A stretch of DNA of 32,000 nucleotides. It comes from an uncultured bacterium (GTDB lineage: Bacteria > Zhuqueibacterota > QNDG01 > DTFT01). Below, piece by piece: positions 16,232 to 24,100 of the stretch. The notes beneath the pieces are model-generated. The model made no database searches. It saw nothing but the letters and a program-made list of their open reading frames with translations, and had not been told where the DNA came from. The translations under genes and the position numbers were made by a program. The stretch is taken from positions 79,091 through 111,090 of the forward strand of contig CAVTNR010000001.1 in assembly GCA_963736115.1 (NCBI GenBank), written 5' to 3'. Each line of letters opens with the position of its first letter. Position 1 is the first letter of the stretch.

Positions 16232-17887
16232 ATGGAATACCAGGCCCTGCGATTCGAAGACCCGGACCGTCCGACATGCTGTACCCTCAGCGCGGAGACC
16301 GCCGAAGACATCCTTGAAATCAGGAAGGGTCGTCTTCCCGTTGTTTATCTGCTCGCGGACGACGCCATCGACCGCTTCACCGGATACCCCGCCCTGATCC
16401 GCGACCGCGGAACCAAGCACAAGAAAAAATCCCTGTCCGACCTGCTTCTCGGTTACGACCGAATCTGCATGATCCGGGGCTCCTATGAAGGAATCCGCCA
16501 GCTGATCCGGAGCTGTAACGATCTCCTGAAGAACGCCCGGGTTCAGGCGGATCAGAACGCGTTCCTCATTTTCATTCCCGACGGTCCCTTCATCCGTCTG
16601 TGGAATCGAACCAGCGGGAGCGGAACGCGCGCAAGGGACACGGGCAGATCCCTCGATCCCGGGACCCGGTCCGAGCTTCCCGGGATGCTTCCGATCCAGG
16701 AGGTTCCCCCGGAACTAAACGAAAGCTATCTGGGCCATTCGGAAGATGTTCGGCTGGTCCGGCAGTTGATCCTCGTCGCGGCCCGCTGTGAGAATCCGAT
16801 TCTGATCCTGGGCGAATCCGGAACGGGCAAAGAGATCGCGGCCCGGAGCATACACCAGTTGAGCCTCCGGCGTAATCTCCGGTTTGAGGCGGTCAACTGC
16901 GGCGCACTTCCCACAAACCTGCTCGAATCCATTCTGTTTGGACACAAGAAGGGCGCATTCACCGATGCCAAACGGGACAAAAAGGGTTCCTGGGAACTGG
17001 CGGGAAAGGGGACGCTTTTTCTGGATGAGATCGGCGACCTGTCGCTGGAGAATCAGGTTAAAATTCTGCGCGTTCTCTCCTCCGGCCGGATTCGCCCGCT
17101 CGGCGCTGACGAGGATGTCGCCGTCCATGCGCATGTCATTGCCGCGACGAACCGGGATTTGTTTTCGATGGTACAGGCAGGACAGTTCCGGGAGGACCTG
17201 TATTACCGGCTGCGGTCTTTCCTGATTTTCACTCCTGCCCTGAGAAACCACCCCGACGACATTCCGCTGATGGCGCAAAGTTTTTGGAAGAAAATCACAC
17301 GAGACGATTCGGCCCGCCTTCCGGCCTCCGTGCTGACCGAGATGAAGGCATACCCCTGGTACGGGAACGGCCGGGAGATGAAGAACCTGCTCTCACTGCT
17401 GTACGGTCTTTTCGGAAGGGTTCCGCTAGGCGTGGAACATTTCAGGGCGGTTTACCGGTATCAGCGGAATGACGCGCGTCCACGGAAGGGCGCTCCGGAC
17501 GGGAATGATCTCTCGATGCACCGGGCCGAGTGCCTCCAGCACCTGAAACGGACGGATGAGGTCCTGCGGGAGGTGCAGATGGCCGTTCAGCCGCATCTCA
17601 AGAAAACGAGCCGGACTCCGGCCGACACGCGGACGACCGTTGCCCTGATCGAAAACCGGATTTACGAGCTCGAGACCCTGTGTCTCCATCCCGTTCTTTT
17701 CGTCCATCCGGAGCTGTATCAGCGGATCCGCGATTTAAGCGCGGAACTGGTCGGTCTGGTCCGGCATTTGAGAAAATCGAGCGGTGCGGTGAAGGCATAC
17801 TGGGCCAAACATCTGGATGGCCCTTGTCAGGAAACCCAGCGAATGGTCTTCCGGGAAGTCGGGAAGCTCATGCGGACTCGGAAATAA
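16232..17887 (+). CDS. Sigma-54-interaction-domain AAA+ regulator (bEBP-like) with an unknown N-terminal sensor region, GAFTDA loop variant and no recognisable C-terminal HTH
   Basis: The ATG at 16232 has GGGAGG 4 nt upstream (the track start 16187 is a less likely upstream extension). Signatures: ILILGESGTGKEIAARSIH (Walker A), GTLFLDEIGDL (Walker B), GAFTDA at 16952-16969, REDLYYRL. The last ~150 aa show no Fis-type HTH pattern. Confidence 0.9.
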   Translation: MEYQALRFEDPDRPTCCTLSAETAEDILEIRKGRLPVVYLLADDAIDRFTGYPALIRDRGTKHKKKSLSDLLLGYDRICMIRGSYEGIRQLIRSCNDLLKNARVQADQNAFLIFIPDGPFIRLWNRTSGSGTRARDTGRSLDPGTRSELPGMLPIQEVPPELNESYLGHSEDVRLVRQLILVAARCENPILILGESGTGKEIAARSIHQLSLRRNLRFEAVNCGALPTNLLESILFGHKKGAFTDAKRDKKGSWELAGKGTLFLDEIGDLSLENQVKILRVLSSGRIRPLGADEDVAVHAHVIAATNRDLFSMVQAGQFREDLYYRLRSFLIFTPALRNHPDDIPLMAQSFWKKITRDDSARLPASVLTEMKAYPWYGNGREMKNLLSLLYGLFGRVPLGVEHFRAVYRYQRNDARPRKGAPDGNDLSMHRAECLQHLKRTDEVLREVQMAVQPHLKKTSRTPADTRTTVALIENRIYELETLCLHPVLFVHPELYQRIRDLSAELVGLVRHLRKSSGAVKAYWAKHLDGPCQETQRMVFREVGKLMRTRK

Positions 17888-17911
17888 GCGGAAGAAAGGA
17901 CTGGCCCATCC

Positions 17912-18352
17912 ATGAATTCGATACGACCGTTCTCGCTCTCCATTAAAGGCCTTATTTTCAACGCCGATGGGCGCTGCCTGATTCTGAAACGATCGACGCT
18001 GAACAGAAATTACCCGGAGAAGTGGGAGCTTCCGGGCGGGAAACTGAATCCCGGTGAGTCGTTCGCTGACGCGTTGTGCCGGGAGGTTTCGGAGGAAACC
18101 GGCCTGCATATCGAGATCGACCATCTGGCGGGCGCGGTGGAATCGGAGCTCCCCGATTGGAGAATCGTGCATCTGGTCATGACCGCCCACACGATACCGG
18201 GTGAAATCCGGCTGAGTTCGGAACACACGGATTACGCCTGGGTGGCGATAGACGATTTGGCGGAGTTGGATATGCCGGAACACTTCCTCCGGTTCATCCA
18301 TGAGTACCGTAGAAAGGAGGGACTCCATGCCGGTGCGTCGCGGCCTCGTTAA
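17912..18352 (+). CDS. NUDIX hydrolase
   Basis: The Nudix box GX5EX7REUXEEXGU is present as GGKLNPGESFADALCREVSEETGL. 146 aa. It starts 24 nt after the regulator gene and overlaps the start of the next gene. Confidence 0.9.
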   Translation: MNSIRPFSLSIKGLIFNADGRCLILKRSTLNRNYPEKWELPGGKLNPGESFADALCREVSEETGLHIEIDHLAGAVESELPDWRIVHLVMTAHTIPGEIRLSSEHTDYAWVAIDDLAELDMPEHFLRFIHEYRRKEGLHAGASRPR

Positions 18353-20834
18353 ACAGCAGATCGGAAAATACAGCCAGGAGTACAGGCATTACGAAGTGTA
18401 TTCACAGGTTCTAAGGAAAATACTGGAAGCGGCATGCCGGCAGGCCGCTCCGCTGGCCATCGTGCAAACCCGCGCGAAAACCGTCTCGAGCTTCGCGGAG
18501 AAAATTATCCGCAAGCCGACCGCGGACCCGGTCCATGATTTTACGGATCTTTGCGGGGCCCGGGTGATCACGAACACCAAAACTGAAGTCGATCGGTTGT
18601 GCGGGTTCATCCGTGCGAATTTCAATATCGATGAGCAGAACAGCCAGGATACTTTCGAACGGCTGAAAACGGCGGAATTCGGTTATCTGTCCGTCCATTA
18701 CATCGTGCAGATCGACAGGAAGGAGATTCTCGGCATCCCCATTCCGGAATCGATCGGCGCGAGAAAGGCGGAAATTCAGGTCCGGACCCTGCTTCAGCAT
18801 GCCTGGGCGAATATGAGCCATGACCTGATCTACAAGAACCGTTTCGAAGTACCCAGGCGATGGACCCGAAGCCTGGCGCGCACTTCGGCCCTGCTGGAAC
18901 AGGCCGACGGTGTATTCGACGAGGTGCTCGGGGAACTCGATGCATACCGGCTCCATTACGGCATCTTGTCCGAACATTCCAAGAGGGACGAGGAACTGAA
19001 GAATCTCGAATTGATTCTCGAGAATGAACCGGTCGAATCGCACAAGCCCGCAATCGCGCTCCGGATCGCCCGGCTGCACAAGACCGGCTGGAACTGGGAG
19101 GGGATCATTGACCGGCTGGGACCGTTCTCCGCCCGGAAATGCGGCGAGAGGCCGGAGATTCTCATGGAGTACGGCTATGCCATTTGCAGGAAAAACAAGG
19201 ACAATCCCGGCGGCAGGGTTTATCTGAAAGGCCAGAAGCTTCTCGCGGAAGCGGCGGAATCGGGTGCGGGTGAGAATCACAGCGATGCGATATGCCATTA
19301 CGCATGGTCTTATGAGAACATCAAGGGTCGCGAGCAGAAGGCCCGGAAACTGTACCGGCAGGCCCTCGACGCGGATCCGAAAGATCCCTATGCGCTCGCT
19401 TCCTTTCTGGAGTTTGAATTATTCTGCAGCCGTGACGACCGGTTCATACCGTACATGAAACCGACTTTGCTGCAGGCCGTCGAAACCTGCCGGGCCCACG
19501 TCAGGGCCGGGATGGAACTCCCGTGGGCCTTTTTCACCATGGGTAAAATGCATCTGCTCCTGGGCCAGCCGTATGAAAGTCTCGCGGCGGTCGCGACCGC
19601 CATACACGTCTGCCTGGGAACCGCGACCTGCGTGCCGCGGGACGTTTTTCAGGAGCAGCGGAATTTCCTGCGGCGCATCAATACCGGAAGGGAGTGGCCG
19701 CCCGCGCATCGGTGGGTCGATAAGACGCTGATGCTTGCGGAAGCCATTCGATCGCCGGACGGCCGTGCCCTGCGCCAGTTGAAGGAAATGCGGAGGAGGC
19801 AAAAATCCTTTGCCGGACCGGTCGTTATCGTGGCGGGCGGCGCGGATTCATCCGTCCAGGGGAAAATGGCGGAATACCGTCTGCCGTTGATGCAATCCTT
19901 CGACGGTTTTTCCGGCACGGTCGTTTCCGGGGGCACCCGGGCCGGGATTCCGGGACTGGTCGGAGAAATGGCGCGAAAAGTTTCAGGTCGGAAAAGCGGA
20001 GGGCTGTTTGCATTGGCCTATCTTCCCGGTAAAATGCCGACCGGTGTCCAGATCGATCCGCGTTATCATGAAACCGTCATTCTGGAAGGAGACGATTTCA
20101 CCCCGGACCAGCCTATTCAGAACTGGATCGACATGATCGCGTCGGGCATCAAACCTTCCGAAGTGAGGGTGCTGGGCATTAACGGGGGAAGGATTGCCGC
20201 TTTCGAGTACCGCCTGGCCCTCGCGCTCGGCGCCCGCGTGGGAATCGTACAGTCCAGCGGAAGAGCCGAATTGGATTTGCTGAAGGAAGCCAGATCTACC
20301 GCGATAAAAAATCTGGTGTGGCTTCCCGCGGACGCCATGACCCTTCGGGCGTTCGTCAATCCGGGCCTGACAGTGATGTCGCCCGGCCATCTGGAAAGCG
20401 CGGGCAAAGCCATTCATACCGCTTTTTTGGTTGAGAACCGGCATCGAATCGTCGATCGGGCCATGCTCCCGTGGGAGGAATTGCCCGAGGACCTGAAGGA
20501 GTCCAATCGGAGCCAGGCGGCCTATTCCGTTCAAATTCTCAAGGCGGTCGGTTATGGTGTCCGAAAAGCCGCTTCGTCCCGCGTCTCCATTCGGTTCACA
20601 CGCAGTGAAATTGAAACCATGGCCGAGATGGAGCACGGCCGCTGGGTTGTTGAAAGGCTGGGAAGCGGGTGGAAATATGGTGAAAAAAGGGACCCGGTGA
20701 ACCGAATTAGTCCCCACCTGGTGCCGTGGAAAGAACTCGCGGACAAGTTCAAGGGATATGACCGCATCGCCGTGTGCAAATGGCCGGCTCTGCTGAAGGA
20801 TGCGGGATTGGAGATTTATCGACAGAAACGATAA
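18327..20834 (+). CDS. Multidomain RelA/SpoT-type nucleotide pyrophosphokinase (alarmone-synthetase fold) - TPR - SLOG (TRPM/LSDAT-like) - tandem RyR-domain protein
   Basis: The ATG at 18327 has AGGAGG 6 nt upstream (the track start 18300 is in frame, 9 codons earlier). RSH motifs: RAKTVSSFAEKIIRK, DLCGARVIT, FGYLSVHYIV, AEIQVRTLLQHAWANMSHD. TPR-like region at about 18990-19710. SLOG at about 19810-20340: VVIVAGGADSS, VVSGGTRAGIPGLVGE, VLGINGGRIAAFEYRLALALGARVGIVQSSGRAELDLL. RyR at about 20400-20820: MLPWEELPEDLKESNR and MEHGRWVVERLGSGWKYGEKRDPVNRISPHLVPWKELADKFKGYDR. Confidence 0.85.
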   Translation: MPVRRGLVKQQIGKYSQEYRHYEVYSQVLRKILEAACRQAAPLAIVQTRAKTVSSFAEKIIRKPTADPVHDFTDLCGARVITNTKTEVDRLCGFIRANFNIDEQNSQDTFERLKTAEFGYLSVHYIVQIDRKEILGIPIPESIGARKAEIQVRTLLQHAWANMSHDLIYKNRFEVPRRWTRSLARTSALLEQADGVFDEVLGELDAYRLHYGILSEHSKRDEELKNLELILENEPVESHKPAIALRIARLHKTGWNWEGIIDRLGPFSARKCGERPEILMEYGYAICRKNKDNPGGRVYLKGQKLLAEAAESGAGENHSDAICHYAWSYENIKGREQKARKLYRQALDADPKDPYALASFLEFELFCSRDDRFIPYMKPTLLQAVETCRAHVRAGMELPWAFFTMGKMHLLLGQPYESLAAVATAIHVCLGTATCVPRDVFQEQRNFLRRINTGREWPPAHRWVDKTLMLAEAIRSPDGRALRQLKEMRRRQKSFAGPVVIVAGGADSSVQGKMAEYRLPLMQSFDGFSGTVVSGGTRAGIPGLVGEMARKVSGRKSGGLFALAYLPGKMPTGVQIDPRYHETVILEGDDFTPDQPIQNWIDMIASGIKPSEVRVLGINGGRIAAFEYRLALALGARVGIVQSSGRAELDLLKEARSTAIKNLVWLPADAMTLRAFVNPGLTVMSPGHLESAGKAIHTAFLVENRHRIVDRAMLPWEELPEDLKESNRSQAAYSVQILKAVGYGVRKAASSRVSIRFTRSEIETMAEMEHGRWVVERLGSGWKYGEKRDPVNRISPHLVPWKELADKFKGYDRIAVCKWPALLKDAGLEIYRQKR

Positions 20835-21093
20835 ATCCTAAGATTTTCATTAGCTTGATCCCGCATAATAGGCAGCGGGGAGCTTCAATCTGAGTCGCTT
20901 TTGCGTAAACTGTGATCACTGCAGGCTTGCCGAGAGATATCCTAATAGGTGACTTTGTTTATCCTTTCACCGGTACGGCCCGCAGGAGACGGTCAACCAT
21001 CAATAACATGGTTCTTGCTTTTTTTTGTCCCCTCGATACATATATCCATTGGACTTTAAGGTTTTTTTTATATGGCTGAAGTCGCTCTGCCCC

Positions 21094-21122
21094 TTGCGAT
21101 CCTCAATAAATTATAGTATATT
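21094..21122 (+). promoter_or_regulatory. Sigma-70-like promoter candidate for the PKD-protein operon
   Basis: TTGCGA (21094-21099), 17-nt spacer, TATATT (21117-21122), about 55 nt upstream of the ATG at 21176. Confidence 0.3.
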
Positions 21123-21175
21123 TTATGGATAGCTTCGGAAAACTCTTCCTTCCGTCCAGAATTCGGGAGGTTCCC

Positions 21176-24100
21176 ATGTTGAGCCGCATCCAGTCCCTGT
21201 CACAGCGTACGCTCCCGATTCTCCTGCTTCTGATCCCCCTATTGTCCGATCCGTCCCTGCGGGCCGCGGAACGCCGGACGAATGTGAATTTTCTGGTGAC
21301 AGCCGGCCGGGACGCGTCGATCTCTTCCGGGGACAGCCTGTTCCGCTCCGTTTTCTTCATCCGGTGTCCTATCGGTTTCAAATCCCCTGTTTACGTCCGG
21401 ATTTTCGACGCGGACGCTGGCGGCCGTTTCGACCAGCCGGCTTCCGGGGACCGCGCCCGTTACCGGGTTTTCGGTAAAGGCGCCATCCGGCATTCCATCC
21501 GCTCGGTCCGCGACGCGCTCCCGGACGCAAAACCGCTGGCCGATCTCGAGATCGGGGAGGATGTGCTGTACGACGGCCAGTGGCGGACCCTGGCGGTTCT
21601 GGTTCCGGCGGACGGGCAGGAAGCGGATTCGATCCGCGAATTTCAGCTTGTCGTAGACGGCGCGGCCGGAACCGGGGTCAACCGTTACCGGCTTTTTGTC
21701 TCATCCGAAGACAGCCGCAACACGCCGGTCGAAGGGCTCGTGATTTCGAGCCCGGTCGCAACCGTCCTGCTGCCGGCTTCCAATATCCTGGTCACCCGCA
21801 TTCCATTCCGCATCCCTTCAGCGGTTTCAGGCCTCAGGATCACGGTTTTCGACGCCGAGAGCATGGGCGAGTGCTATGTGCAGACTGAAAAACGCATGAA
21901 GATACAGGTTCCGGTTTCAGGCAATATGGAATCACGATCCACGCATGTGGACCTCCTGCCGGAGGAGAGGGGCGGAAAGGCCGGACTGATGTTCGCGGGA
22001 TCCCACTCCAGGCAGGACCATGTTCAGTGCCGGATCGAGGACGACTCCGGCGCCACGGTCGATTTTCTCATGCCAGCGTTTTCTTCCACGGACAACAGCC
22101 TGCCCTCGCCTGCCATCGATCTTCAGCCGCTATCGGATTGTGTGTCCATCGTGCTCGACGCGTCTCGTTCGACCGATCCGGACGGGGACCAGCTGTTTTT
22201 CGAATGGAAATCCGGAGGGGCGTGTATCGGCGCGGGACCGCGCATCGTTCACCGTTTTCCCGGGCCGGGCCTGTACAAGGTCGAAATGACAGTGCGCGAC
22301 AATTCTGGATACATCGCGGACCGGCGGACATTGGAACGGGCCGTGCGGATCAACGAGCCCCCGGTTTCCCTGCCTGCCGCGCCTTCGGGAGGAGCGCCGG
22401 GAGAAGCCCTGGTTTTCGATGGCAGCGGCTCGTCCGACGCGGACGGAAGGATCACGGCCTGGCGCTGGGATTTCGGAGACGGGGCCGGCGCATCGGGCGC
22501 GGTCACCCGGCACACGTACGCGGTTCCCGGCCATTACCGCGTCACTTTAACCGTGGAGGACGACAGCCGGTCGTTCTGCGCGTCGGACGGCCAATCCGTT
22601 TCAGTGCGCATCAATTCGCCGCCGATGGCCCGTATGCGGGCGCAGTCCAGAGCCGCGGTCGGGGAGGAAGTGCAGGCGGACGGCGGCGGGTCGAAGGACG
22701 CGGACGGAACCCTTGTCCGGTACGCATGGGATTTCGGAGACGGCGCGACAGCCGAAGGCGTGACAGCCGGCCACAAGTACGCAGCGCCTGGCCTTTACCG
22801 CATCCGCTTGGCCGTGACGGATGACGCGGAACGGATCAACAGCTCGCAAACCGATTCCGCTCTGGTACGGATCAATGCGCCTCCCGAAGCGAGGGGACAG
22901 GCTCCGGCCGTTGTCGCGGCGGGTCAGGAAGTTGTGTTCGATGGTTCCGCATCGCGCGATCCGGACGGCCGCATTGTCGCAACAGAGTGGATTTTAGGCG
23001 ACGGATCCGCGGACGCGTCCGGGCCGATTGTCCGGCACGCGTATGAAAAGCCGGGCACCTACGAGGTGATTCTGCGGGTCCGGGATGATTCCGGAGTGTC
23101 CAGCGACACGGACACGCTCCGGCTCTCCGTCCGGGTGAACGCGCCGCCTGTTCCGAATGCGGGAGGCGACCGGGTGCTCAATGAAAGCGTCGCGCTGTTT
23201 GACGCGTCCGGATCCGCGGATCCGGACGATCCCATCATTTCTTACCGTTGGGATTTCGGGGACGGAAAGTCCGCTGAGGGCCTGCGTGTGCGCCATGCTT
23301 ACAACCTGCCCGGCACTTATGAGGTCAGCCTCACGGTCACGGACGCTTCCGGCACGTCTTCCGCTTCGCGGACCGGCCGCATCCGGGTCACGGTGAACCA
23401 TCCTCCAATCGCGGACGCGGGCCCGGCCCGCACCGTAGCCCCGGGGGAGCCGGTGCTTCTGGACGGTGGATTCTCGAGCGATCCGGACGGCCGCATCGAA
23501 TCCTTCCGCTGGGAGATCGAACCCGGTATTTTCCGGGAGGGCCGGCGGGTGGAGATCGCATACGACAAACCCGGACTGCGCCAGCCCCTCCTGTTCGTCC
23601 GGGATGACGCGGGCGCTGAGGATGTTTTCGCGACCGAGATCCGTGTCAACGCGCCGCCGGTTGCGGCCGCGGCGCCGGTACCGTCCGCGGCGCCCGGCGA
23701 CACCGTGGTCTTCGACGGAAGGGGCTCCCGCGATCCGGACGGCCGCATCGCCGAGGCTGTGTGGGACTTCGGGGACGGAACGCCGCCCGTCAACGGACTG
23801 CGGTGCGCCCATGTGTACGCGGCACCCGGCGTCTACTCCGCGGTCCTGAGAATCCGGGACGACAGCGGCGCAGGCAACGGGTTGGCCTCGGTGGTGTGCA
23901 CGGCGGCAATCAACCACGCGCCGGAACCGGACGCGGGCGGCGACCGCAGCCAGTGCGGTTTGATGGTGGATTTCGACGGATCCGCCAGCCGGGACGCGGA
24001 CGGAGACGCCCTGTCCCTGAGATGGGATTTCGGGGACAGCACCTCGGCCTATGGCAGGCGCGTCCGCCACCGTTACCCGAAACCGGGGCTGTACCCGGTG

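Noticed and set aside
20835-20949. Short direct repeats in the RSH-PKD intergenic region: ATCCTAA at 20835 and 20939, and (C)TAATAGG at 20863-20872 and 20941-20949.
   Set aside because: These are only 7-9 bp with mismatching flanks and only two copies each. That is too weak to call a binding-site pair or an RNA element.
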